This document shows positions 1-11,900 of a stretch of DNA of 64,000 nt, one piece after another. The position numbers were made by a program, and so were the translations under genes. The notes under the pieces are model-generated. The model saw nothing but the letters and a program-made list of their open reading frames with translations, did not search any database and was not told the origin of the DNA. How positions within the stretch are numbered: the stretch's first letter is position 1; every line of letters starts with the position of its first letter. Where the stretch lies: assembly GCA_907165135.1 (NCBI GenBank), contig OU015567.1:1054001-1118000 (forward strand), in the 5' to 3' direction. The DNA is from Oikopleura dioica (taxonomy: Eukaryota > Animalia > Chordata).

Positions 1-327
1 TTTCATACTAGTGTTAAAGAAGAGATACCCTTAACCCAGGTTTTTCATAATTTTGGTTCGCGCGAGACCCATTTTGTCAAATTTCGTAACGTTCAAAAAA
101 GTACGATTCCTCGAGTACGGGCGAAAACGTCTCGCACGCAAAATTCAACGCGGTTTAGCGCGCCACCGCCGAGCACCATAAATACCGCACCACCACAGTT
201 TCAGCCGCTACTCACATCTATTTTCGATCTCTGAAAAGGCGAAAAGTCAATAGTTTCAGAGTTTCACTAGAGAAAGAGTTTATTATTTCAGTTTGTTTTA
301 TTTTTTGTCAATCGAAATCAACTAAAG

Positions 328-1883
328 ATGAAGGTTCTTGGATTTTTAGGAATGGCTAGAGAAAATCCATTTTGAGCACCATAATTGTCTCATCATCATT
401 CGGCTTGAATATTTTTATTCTAGAGCCGAGGTCGGTCCCATTTGTCAATTTCATCAAGTATTTGGGTGTGTGAGAAAGTTTTAATGAATTAAAATTGAGT
501 AAGAAAATTTTCACTGAAAGAATCTCAAGCCATAAAAGTCGCAAAAATTTTTGCCCAAGAAGGATCAGGAGACAACAATGACGCTGGTTGCCCAAATGAG
601 AGCTGGGAATTCAACGGCGCTTCTTGCGTCCCAAAATCTTCAGAGTACAGCCTCACTTGTGACCCGATCAATGGAATGACCTTGTCGGTGAACTCGGGTG
701 TTCTCTGGGAGAACGCTAGAATTCAGCAAGATTACAAAGGATCTTTTCTTCGAATAGGTATGTCGTTTTTACGAATAAATGTTTATTTTATTTAAATTTT
801 TAAAATAAAAAGAAGAAGAAAAAATATAAATCAGAAATTTAAAATCAGAAAATTAGCACCATAATGAAATAACACACTCTCAATGCCCGATTTTATAATT
901 TCATTTCTTGTTGTAATTCAACTTGAAATTATTCTTCCGCCTATATAATGCGTGTCAACCGGATTCTCTCTCTTTAATTTTTCAGACTTTTATATACCAT
1001 AAAAACTCACTTAGGCATGTGTGGTGGCCGCCGCGACGAGAACGGCCCCTTCGATTTCACCATCAACGCCGCTTGGGACTACTGCGGCCCGTCAAACGTC
1101 TACCACGACGAGTCCTCCGGCGAGATCGTCCTCTCCTTCACCGTTCTCGGCGACATCGACGCCATCACCAACGACGACGGCCTCCTCATGTCCCGCGCCC
1201 TTTCCTTCCAAGCAGAATGCGCGTTCAAAGATCACCTCGAAGTTTCGGAAACTTTCACAGCAGATCTTGGCGGAATGATGAGAAGGAATGTTTTAAATAT
1301 TTTCTTTAGTGAGCAATAATAGTGGAGGAGCATTTTTTCTTAAAATATCGAATAGTTACTTAAAATCATCAAGAACAAAATCTGGAGCTGTCAGAAAGGG
1401 AGATCAGAGCTTTGTCGACCTCTTCAGCTTGAATTTTTACGAAGATGGGGAGTTCACCAATGCTCTAGAAGAGCCAAAGGGAGTCATCGGTAAGTCAGAT
1501 TGTTCTCTTCATTATTGACCGAAATCTTAGGAAAACCTGCTTATGCAAAACTCAACGCTCAGCCCCTCCCCTCCGCCGTCGACTACCAAATCAGCAAATG
1601 CATCGTCAATGGACTAGACGATAGCTTCGAAGAAATTTCTTACGAAGTCGTTCAGGAAACTTGCGCTTCCGCCTTTGTCAATGCTCAAATTGAACAAAAC
1701 GGTAAGCGAAGCTCGAGTTCAAAGGAAAAGAATTAATTATTGAATTCAGGAAAGGGTCTTTCGTACGATGTCTTTGCCTTCGGCGAGAGCCCAGCTGCGA
1801 TGAGCCAATGGCTGACCTGCACGGTCAAACTCTGTGCGGACGAATGTCCCGAGCGGGAAGATTCTCCTTGTTCCTACGAATAA
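328..1883 (+). CDS. Secreted ZP (zona pellucida)-domain protein, multi-exon, no transmembrane tail
   Basis: ATG at 328 (MKVLGFLG..). Exons read ..CPNESWEFNGASCVPKSSEYSLTCDPINGMTLSV.., ..MCGG..WDYCG..FQAECAF.., FSLNFYED..LGKPAYAKL..YQISKC..ETC, and LSYDVFAF..LTCTVKLCADECP..SPCSYE* (TAA 1881-1883). The Cys spacing fits ZP-N and ZP-C. Some junctions were not resolved. Confidence 0.75.
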
Positions 1884-1959
1884 CTTTTCTCTTCTTTTTC
1901 GATTTTCAGGTTAATAAATACAACTGTTTATTTTCTAAAATCATTGATTTCTTCTTCAT

Positions 1960-3898
1960 TCAGCTAGAAATGAGCACGCAGAAAATCTTGTCTTCAAGTA
2001 AAATCGAAAAGGCGACGCATTTTGGCTTCCCTCGACAAACTCTGTAGCAGAAATTTTCAGGCTCGCTAGAAAAAGATAGAAAAATTTTCTTCAAAAAAAA
2101 ATTTTTTTCTTACGCATCATAGACAGGGGGAACAGGAGCTTTTCGTAATTTCATTTTTCCAACTGCCATTTTTGTCTCACTTTTCAGACAAATATTTGCC
2201 CCTGAAAAAATTAAACATTATCGATTTGAAGTACTTACCTTTGTGGTTGTGATAAAAAGGAGTCATTTCTTGCAGCCCTTTTGGGCAAAAGCTCTGAAAT
2301 TGACAAGCCATCGGTTCTACATTGAATAAAGGAGAGAAAAAGCCATAGGAGCCGATTATGCAATCTCTTCTTTTTGTCGATCCGGTGTTTTTCGTCGTTG
2401 CTCCTGTGCCACAATAAGTGCAGATTGTGGAGCCAGACTTATCTGCAAAAAAGCCCCTTTCGCAAGGAAACTTTTCATCTTCCTGACAAAAGTGCCCGTA
2501 CTCACAGGGTCGGCAAATTGTTGAACCATCGATTCTATATTCTCCCGCAGCACAGGGCTCCAACAACATCTTGCATTCATTTGGCAGATCTTCGATGGGC
2601 TCATGTCCTTCTTTGCACTTGCAGGAATCGTGGCCGATTTGTTTCTCCATGCTTTCGGAGCAATAACAATCGAAGCTTCCGAGGGTATTTTCACAAAGTT
2701 GGGTTTTGTGGCACTTATTATAATCATCCTCAATCTAAGGAGTTTATTCTCGGCAATACTTTTCTTAAAATTTACCGGATTCAGGCATTCATCCTTGTCA
2801 ACACACTCAGTAGCAGAGTTATTAAACCTCTCAAATCCTTCTTTGCAAACGCACTTTGCCTTCCCTTCATCAAGATCAAAGTCGAGTTCCATATTTGCCG
2901 TGCAATTGCAAGTATAGCTTCCAACTAGGTACCCGCTGAAATAAAAGAGGCGATTTTACAGCCCCCTTTTTTTATCTAATTCCGTTTCGTAAATTGAACA
3001 TTTTAGTCAAGACATGTTTTTGAGCAAAGAAAAAATTTTTTTTTTGAATTTTTTTTTTCTCAGCGGGTACCTAGCTTCCAACTGTATCCTCGCAAACTTG
3101 ACTCTCATGACATTGATGTCCATAATTAGGATTTCCCTCAAAAGGTTATGATGATTACTTGCTGAAAAACACTTACTGGATAGAGACACTCATTAATATT
3201 TATGCACTCGATTTCGATGTAATTCATATGAAAACCAAGTGGACATCTGCATTGTTCAGGCGAACCTTCTTCAGCCTGTAAATTAGGACGAACGAAATGT
3301 TCTTTACAAAGGCAAAATGGAGATCCTTCGCGCATTTCACAAGTTTGAGTCGGGTTACATTCGTTTTCAGTCTTCTGAAGTACAAAAAAATTGAAATATT
3401 CCAAAGAATACCGGACAAGGTTCTTCAACGCAAACAAGATCTCTCTTGTAGCGATCAAGAATCGCGACATCGTCATTTTCTTGGATAAATCCATCTTTGC
3501 AGACACACTACGAGGATGATGAATAAGAAATGATAATTTTACAAACTCTATTTTCATCATATCCATCTTCGTCATGATCACTTTCAGAAAATTTTGCATT
3601 TTTGTGACAGCAAAAAGGGCGCTCTTTGTTTTTGATATCATTCGGTATATTTTAAAAAGTTATTCAGTCCATTCACCGAAAATCAAATCCGGCTTCGATA
3701 TATTTTCTTTTTGTAAAATTCATGAATTAACAATTTTATTTTGAATAACTATCCCTCAGATCTGTCAATCTGCTCAAAATCATATAAGCACTCACAGTCG
3801 TTCCCGATCATTTCATGTTGAGGAAATGAATTCTCCCCTCCTACTGATTTACATTCGTCAGCTAAGCCGATTGGAAGGAGAAAAACTAAAATTTTCAT
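1960..3898 (-). CDS. Secreted Cys-rich protein: EGF/Ca-EGF repeats, GCC2/GCC3 (ephrin-receptor-like) repeats, short PAN-like C-terminus; one exon hit by a MITE
   Basis: Signal-like start MKILVFLLPIGLA at 3898. EGF motifs (CVDKDEC, CININEC). CAAGEYRIDGSTICRPCEYGHFC..CERGFFADKSGSTICTYCGTGATTKNTGSTKRRDC. Last exon CYRVCRGKPKCVAFS..ISS* (stop 1960-1962). Confidence 0.7.
2927..3072. mobile_element. 146-bp MITE inserted in an EGF exon
   Basis: Terminal inverted repeat AGGTACCCGCTGA / TCAGCGGGTACCT. Flanking direct repeat AGCTTCCAACT at 2916-2926 and 3073-3083 (9-11 bp depending on the boundary chosen). Confidence 0.9.
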
Positions 3899-4166
3899 GT
3901 TTCTCTGACAATGACTCCTGAAAACAAACTTTTGAATTTCAAGTCAAAAGTAAGTCGATCAATTGTAAGGCAATTGTCAGAATAATTTGTTTGATCATAG
4001 AAATATATGTCGGTTTTTACAAAAGCCGCATTAATAATTGACATTTTACTCTTAAGGGGAAGGGGGCATTATTAATTGGCAAACTTGAAAATTGAGGTCT
4101 TGTTCTGATGCGATAGGATTTTGGAGAAAATTCAATCAGTCGAGATTGAAAAAACTTGTCCAGGAA

Positions 4167-6505
4167 TGCGACGGTGGGACCTGCTGAGCGAGAGATGCCC
4201 TCCGGCTCAGCCAATTCACCAGCGACTGGTCATCCCCGTTTTCCTCGCGATTTTTATTCCGTCTTGTCAGAATAATAAATTCTCTTTTAAAAACAGGTTT
4301 CTTGTTTTTTAATGGTTTCAGAAACAGCTAGAGAAAGAAGGAGAAAAGCGAGAAGATGCGCTCGAAATCCGAGGCTTCCAGGAAAAGATTTAAATTCGAA
4401 AAATTATATTTTATACAGAAAATTCTAGCAAAATGGAAAAAAAAAACGACAATAATTATTTATTTTTTTAATTTTTATTATATTTTTTTACTTTATCTAT
4501 TAAAAAAAATATATTAATTATTATTTAAATAATCTATTTCATTTATTATTTTCTATTTTTATTTATTTCTTTAATTTTTTTTTTCTCACAAAAACTTTTT
4601 CAAAGTTTAATTTGTTAAAATCAATAATCAAGTTAGTCAAAGTTCAAACTTTATCAATAATAATTTATTGCTCAATAAACATTTTGAACTCCCTTTTGAT
4701 AAAAAAGAGTCAATCTTGATTAGAATGCCAAATTCAAAAAGAAGAAAACGATGTAATAACAAGAGATTTCGACATCGAAACAACTTCGGCTCCAGCTGAT
4801 CCCAATTTAGTGACTGAAGGTTTGATTTTTTCATTTTTGCAAAACAATGGCCCAACCTTAATTTCATTTTCAATTGGAATATTGGAAAGAAGGGAGCTTC
4901 TTTTATTTGTTTACATGGCGATCTGAGCCAAGTTCAGTCGGCTTACTTCCATTGTTCTGATTTTCGAGTGACCTTCTTTCTCAAAAAAATTGTCTTGTTT
5001 TGTGAAAAAAAGAGTCGTACAAACTTTCAACTAGCCAAAATAAAAATTATCGACCGAGCCTCAAAACAAATCTTGTTTTTCATATTTATTCTAGCGTCGG
5101 TTTTGGCAAAAAAAGAGAAAAAAACTCAGGTTTCTTATTAAAAAAACATCACCTTGGTAAATAACAATCAACTACTACCTAGGTCCAATTAATCATGTAA
5201 AACTAAGAACCTCTTTGTTTCTATCAAAACGAAAAATTATCGTGATAACTCATGAATCATGACTGGCCCTTTTTAGTTTTTAACGGAATCATCCCCGTAA
5301 CCGAAATCGGAACCTACACAAAACCTCCTCGCCGAACACTTTCTACTTCGACAACGATTCCGACAACAATGATCACAAATCTTACCCTCGCAAGTCCAGC
5401 TGAAATTGTAGTGCCAGCAAATCCGCAGCCAAGAGCGATGGATGGATGGATGGTTCTAGTCGGAATTATTGCTGGAACAATTATTTTAGGTAAGACTCAT
5501 TTTTCAATCGTGGTGGGAGTCGCGCGGGTCAGCAAGTTCTTGGCACGATTTTTCCGTCCCACGAAGTTTTTCAACCCTTCTTGTGAGCTCTCTGACCCGC
5601 GCGACGTACCCGGTGGCATTTTTTTCTTCAGAGTTTTAATCGCTTTTAGTGACGCTTGTCTGGAACACCGTTAAACTTTGGTGTCGAAAAATCGAGCGCG
5701 ATTCCATGCGACGGCCGGGAGTCATCGCCTATTTGACCGAAGATGAAGCAATTACGACTCAAGGACACGGCCGACTCGCTGAGGTACCGCTGGAGAGGCT
5801 TCATGAACTCAGCATCGCTTTATCTGTAAATACCTTTTTCCCTCTAAATCATTAACCTTTTCTAGCCGGGAAATGTGGCCCAAGCAGCGCCAGGGGAAAT
5901 AATGCTTACGAATTCGCAATTAAATCGGTTGATAGTTGCTGGAGAAAGTCAGTCAAACTATCAGATGAGAACCGGAACGCCTGTTCGACCAAATACGCCA
6001 GAGGGGCGGAATGGCGATGGAAATTTAGGGACATGTTCGAACACCATAACTTGTTTCAATTTTTGATTGATATAGATTTTTAAAAAAAAACGAGGTTGAA
6101 CAGACTCTAAAATCCTCTTCGGTTATTTATTTGAGATCTTCGGATCCTATTTCTTACAAGTTGTAGTATAACAACGAGTTTAACGACCAAATCAATGTTT
6201 GTGAAAGATTTCTGCGTATTATGATATAGATATGAAATTTTCTAAAAATCATATATTTTGAAACAATTATTGAACATTTCAAAGATCCCCGCGAATCACC
6301 CCAACCGACCGCTCCACTCTCCCCAACCTTCACAACAACAAGCAATCTCCCCGCCCCGCCCCCTTACTCCGAAATAAACCCCCATCCGACCCCCTTAGAC
6401 CCTTCCCCTCCTCAAGAAGCTCAAGAAAATAACGATCCAAATGACTCCGACTCCTCCTCCGGCGAAATAAACGAGCCAAACGAATCGAGAACAACGAATT
6501 TATAA
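4167..6505 (+). CDS. Single-pass membrane protein with S/T-rich stalk and Pro-rich tail (PTAP, PPPY, C-terminal TNL)
   Basis: Phase-compatible exons at about 4322-4381, 4724-4818, 5277-5489, 5650-5783, 5866-6028 and 6285-6505. TM segment WMVLVGIIAGTIILVTLVW. Last exon DPRESPQPTAPL..PAPPPYSEI..SRTTNL*. The first exon is tentative. Confidence 0.65.
5509..5617. other. Structured non-coding motif, copy 1 (intronic)
   Basis: 14-bp perfect stem GTCGCGCGGGTCAG/CTGACCCGCGCGAC with an inner hairpin. Shares ordered sequence blocks with 8302-8382. Confidence 0.6.
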
Positions 6506-6799
6506 TGAAAAAATTGACTTGTAATCAAAATTATAATTGCCCAAAAATGTACACTGATGACTGCAAATAAACGAAAAGCTACAGATCTACTAATTGCCGC
6601 GCGCAGGGAGCGCTCACTCCCGCGAGGAAGATATTGTAAGGGAATGTTGTTAATCCCGTTGATTTCGCATAAGCGACTCGCGTATTTGAGCACTTGCGAA
6701 ATGTCACTTACTCCCATCATTCGAGTTTCGAGGTCAGCCGGAGGTCGACCCGTCTGAGTTTTTTTTTCCTTTCTATTTTCGTCGTTTTTTCTTCATCAA

Positions 6800-8173
6800 A
6801 TGCAATCACAAAGGTAAGAAAATCATCATAACTCGTTTTTTATTATGAATATAGCGCTTTACATGCAGAAACTTTATTGCGGAAGCTGAACAGTCAGAGA
6901 ATTTGCGGAATATTTGTGGATTCCTCCTTGATTTCCAGAAGTGGAGAAGTTGTTTTCTATCATTCAGCAATTTTAAATGGTGAGTGCAGGAAAGAATCTA
7001 GAATCAGGAAAAAGCAACCATAATATCATCATATTTTTATTCTGTTACCAAGAAAATTTTACGCAACTTTGAAGTGTTATCCTTATCTCTGCCACCTTGA
7101 CAAATCTCTAGTCCTTTCAAAAAATTAAACCTAACCTTCCATTATTCTAGCAATCGCTTCATCAACTGCTATTCTGCCGATCATTGCCGACCAAGTAAGA
7201 TCTCCAATTCTTCACCCAATGATCCCTTTATAAAGTATTCTCATGTGACCCTGAACCTCTTCTTCGACTATGTCTACCTCGGGGTCATTTCAAACGATGT
7301 GAGCCTGAAAACCTACCGCGAACTGTGGAATTTAGGCCGACAGCTGAAGTTAAAAGAGCTGCAAACAGCTCTTCATCCTTTTTCTGAAACTGGCGACAGC
7401 TTTAGCCCAACGAGAAAGCGCAGCAAATATCCTGTTTTGCGCAAAGAAAAGGTAGTTTTTCTCTTCCTTTTTTCGCCAAAAAGAATTCTAGGAAGCGCCA
7501 GAAAAGAAAAAGCCGCGCCTAATCGCCACCGCCAGCCATCGAAAATCGCCACGTTCCTCATCTGAAGCTTCATTTACAACGGATCGCTCTGGCGCAAGAT
7601 TTCGGATACCAAAAGCTCGACTCAAAAGTGCAAAAAGAAAACTTTTTGATCAAGACTAACATGTGTTTCTTTATTTCTGTAACTGCTTTTTGTCTTCTTA
7701 TACTAATACAGTTTGCTTCTTACAGTATCATTTCTTTTGATATCCGGTTGATAGTCAATCCAAAACACCAGAAAAAGGTGACTCAAAGCCGGAGAAACCG
7801 AAAAGTCCCGATCGAAAGGCGAAAATTTGGAGACCATTCGAAGAGAAGGAAATTCTAGAGCGAAACCCACTTGCTTGTGGAATGTGCGGGAAGATTTTTG
7901 CTTCAGTAACTTCAAGAAAAAGGCATGAAAAGACCCATCTTGGGATCAGGAACAGGCTCACTTTTAGTTCAGTTACTTGCAATTCTCGGAAAATTCAGAG
8001 CCCGAAAAAGACCATTTCAGTGCAATTTCTGCTTCAAGACTTTTTCCCAAAGTGGCCATCTTGGTATTCATCTGAGAAGTCATACCGGCCAAAGACCTTA
8101 TACATGTTCAATATGCAATCGTGAATTCTCACGGAGAGATGCTCTTGCGCGCCATCAGCAAATTCATTCTTAG
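6800..8173 (+). CDS. BTB/POZ-domain C2H2 zinc-finger transcription factor (ZBTB-like)
   Basis: HAETLLRKLNSQRICGIFVDSSL..YHSAILNA and LFFDYVYLG..LGRQLKLKEL are BTB-like. Three C2H2 fingers (CGMC..HEKTH, CNFC..HLRSH, CSIC..HQQIH). A GA-AG intron at 7950-8010 restores the HLGIRPFQC linker. TAG 8171-8173. Confidence 0.85.
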
Positions 8174-8301
8174 ACTTTTCAACTTTCACCAACGGATTCC
8201 TTCCTCCACCATTTTTTTTCTAGAATTAATCGACTAAAACAATCTAACGAGAGTTTTTGCTGCATACTAACAGTAACTTACTAACTCAGCGGGAGGGCTA
8301 C

Positions 8302-8382
8302 CGTGGTGGGAGTCAAATTATGGGTCAGGCACACGAAGCGTTTTAACCCGTTCTGTGTGATTTTTGACCCATCCAGGGTGGC
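8302..8382. other. Structured non-coding motif, copy 2 (downstream of the ZBTB stop)
   Basis: Stem ATGGGTCA/TGACCCAT with inner stem CACACGAAGCG/CGTTCTGTGTG. Homologous to 5509-5617. Confidence 0.6.
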
Positions 8383-8967
8383 GCGCGCAGAATCTCTGAC
8401 TTTTTTCAATTTCCTGGCACTGTGACAATATATTTTTTCGATAGAAAAGTTCAATTTTCTTAACTATTAAAGGCTGAAGAATAAACAAAAGTTCATTAAC
8501 TATCTTTTTGAGAAAGAAGAGAGTCTATTTAATATATTTTATTCTAAAATTTTTCATCTGAAAGTTTTTGAACTAAAAATTAGATTATTTCTTTTTTTTT
8601 GAACAAAAAGTGGAGTTTAGTATGTTTCTCTGTCTTTCTGGAAGAATCGGTCGAGGATGAGTACTTCGTGTAAGTCCTGCTTTTCTTCTCGGGCAATTGA
8701 AGTATTGAAGGGTTTCATTCATGGCGTGGATTTTACGGCTTTCTTTGAAAACGGAACGCGCGAAAGGGATGAAAAAACTAAGACAGCGCAAACAAAACTT
8801 GTTTGTTTTTCGAAAACGAGTGAGGCACCCTACTTTTAAACCTTTTTCCCCTCTGACCACCGGAAAAAGGGAAGAAAAAAAACTTAAGAAAAAGGAAAAT
8901 AAAAAAAAAATTGTAAATTTATAAATGACGAGAGATAATTGAAGAAAAAATAGAAAAATTACTGAAG

Positions 8968-11900
8968 ATGAGGAGCATTTTATGGCTTGCCCTCGGGGCT
9001 TGTGCCCAGAGAATCGTCGGGCCGATAAATTCTGATGACCCAAGGTGGTTGAGTGGTAATTCAGGTGCTCCGCCAGAGACAGGAAAGGGTTTTAAGGGTC
9101 TCTTCCTTGATTTCAAGAATTTTTTTGAAAAAAAAAGATCTAAGGGAAAGTAAAAATTGTAAATTTCATCTTTTATCGAAAGCCCAAAACAGCCTCCTTG
9201 GCGTTCGTTTTTGACACAACGGGATCAATGTGGGATGATCTGGAAAAAGTTCAAAACGGCGCCCAGCGAATTCTCCAATCCACCCGCGATCGTCACATCC
9301 AGCCCCTTTACAACTACATTCTCGTCCCCTTCCACGATCCTGAAATCGGCCCAGTTTCGCGAACACGTGACCCTGTCGAGTTTCAAAGGGAGTTGAGAAA
9401 TATCAGAATTACTGGTGGAGGGGATTGTCCGGAAATGTCGATTTATGCTATTCGCGAGGCGCTATTGCTATCGCTTGATAATTCGTATATTTATGTGTTT
9501 ACTGATGCAAGAGCGAAGGACTACAGTTATTTGCCAGAAGTACTTCAGGAAAGATTTCCAAACTGTTAAATAAGAACTTAGATTTACGAGCTTACCATTC
9601 GGTGTAAAAACTCTTTGTTTGATATCATTATTTTCATATTTAAAGAAGTACCCTTGAAAAAATTTACTTTCAAATTATGGTGCCTATTACCATAAGAAAA
9701 TCTTCAAAAAGATAATTCAAAAGAAAAAGTCCCAAGTCATCTTCGTCCTAACAGGCGATTGTGGTGACCGAGATGCTGAAGGATACCGCGCGTACGAACA
9801 AATCGCTGCTGTTTCAAGTGGACAAGTTTACCAATTCACGAAGCAAAATTTGAACCAAATGGTCGAATACCTCGAATCTGCGATTCAAGCGCATAAAGTT
9901 CACATTGTCAGTTCTTTCCAAGATTCTGGGGAGTTCAAAACATGGAAAATTCCTTTCGACAGTATGTTACAAGAAGTGACAATTTCCATCACCGGTCATG
10001 GTCGAGCTGTTTCCGTTACTGATCCGAATGGACGGCCGTATACTCGTGGTCAAGTGGTTCACATTGACAATGAAGAAACTTACGTTATGGTGATTCATGA
10101 ACCCTCCCCTCCTGGAATTTGGACCATTTCCGGCAGCGCGGACAGATCTTTTAGCTTCCAAGTCACTGGCGTTTCAAAACTCGACTTTGGTGTCAAATTT
10201 GCGACAAGTCCGACTGCCTCTTATGATGATTCATCGTATCAACCTGTTCAAGGAATCATAACTCACGCTCTCATTGAGCCGTCAGAGCACATCGGCGACG
10301 GAATCATAGAATTCGTTGAAATTCGAGATATCAAGGGAGTCCAGCTCGGGAGCTATCACGTGAGCAAAATCAACGACCGACTCTTTGTCGCGGAACCATT
10401 CCGGCCGCCAGATGTAAGGGAATATTACTTGGTCGTGAAAGGAAGAACCGACTCGGGAGAGAAATTCGTCCGACAAAGCCACAATGCAATCATCAATATT
10501 ATTCCAGAGCCCCCGAAGGTCAAGATGCTCAGCTCTATTCCGGGCTACATTAATGGAAATGTTCGAATCGACTGTTCGGTGAATTCCATGATGCCGCACA
10601 GCATCACTTGGTGGTTCGGTCAATCCTTGGACACAAAAGACTGGCAAGCGCTCACTCTTCCTAAGCTCTACCAACCCCTCGAGCCAGTTTTCTACGAACT
10701 GGTTGTCAGCGAAGGATCAGAAGGTTTCTACAAGTGCCAAGTTGAGACCTCTCGCGGCGGCGCTTCTGGAATAACTTTTCTCGACGTCGAAGAGCGGCCA
10801 CCGATCATTACCGGCGCTGAAGAGATTGTCGCGCCACCTGGCGGCGGAGCTACCCTCCATTGTAATGTTACCTCGAAAGTGCCGTACAAGCTGATTTGGA
10901 AGAAGAGAGGTCATTCCAGCGTCGCATCGCCGTATGTGAAGCAAACCGAGAATGGGTTGGTCATTTCTCGACTGCGCCCTAGCGACCAGGGGATCTATAC
11001 CTGCGTCGCCAGCAATATCGGAGGAACCACACAGCATCACATAAAGCTCCTCGTCCAGCAAAAACCAAGAATCGTGATCACTTCCCTTCCAGAGTGGCAA
11101 GTCGACAATAATCAAGGAGTGACTCATCGGCGAATTCTGTTCAAAAAAGACGATCGAATTCGGCTCCTCTGCCAAGGCGATGGACACCCAAGGCCTTTCG
11201 TATTCTGGACGAAGAATGGAGAAAACTTTCGAAAAATTGACAGGACTGTTCGGGTCATGGGCGGAAGAGTTCAATTTTATAGGGCGAAAGAATCGGATGC
11301 GGGAGTTTATGTTTGCGAGGGACGAAATAGCGCAGGGAAAGTTCAGGAACGAGTGTTTTTGGAATTCATGGCCCCGCCGAGAATTTCGAGGACCTTCAAT
11401 TCTTCGTCGGTTGAAGCAGGAGAAGACTACACTTTGTTCTGTGAAGCAGAAGGAGATCCGACTCCGACTGTTCGATGGCTTTTTAATTCTCAGGCCAAGG
11501 TCAGCTCGAATTTTCTATTTCCAAATAATATCGACCATTTTTAATTTCATTATGGTAACCATAATATGGTTCCAAATACTCAAAGTAGAAGTAAAAGTTG
11601 AGAGAATCCTTCATCAAAGATCGTTTTTTATTGATCCAACTTAACGAATTCTCTAGTTAATTATGGTTTTTGACCTTTTCCCAGCCAATCTTCGGCGCGC
11701 GATTCGAACAAGATGGTCTGAATCTTATCATCCGCCAGATCTCCACCGAGCTTTCTGGCAAATTCACCTGCATCGCTGAAAACAACGCTGGTCGCGACAT
11801 CCATCACATGTTTGTCAATGTCGGCGAAAAGCCAAAAATCTCCACGGATCTTCAAACAGTAAAGCCAGAAATTGGCCTTTCTGTGAACCTAGAATGCGCA

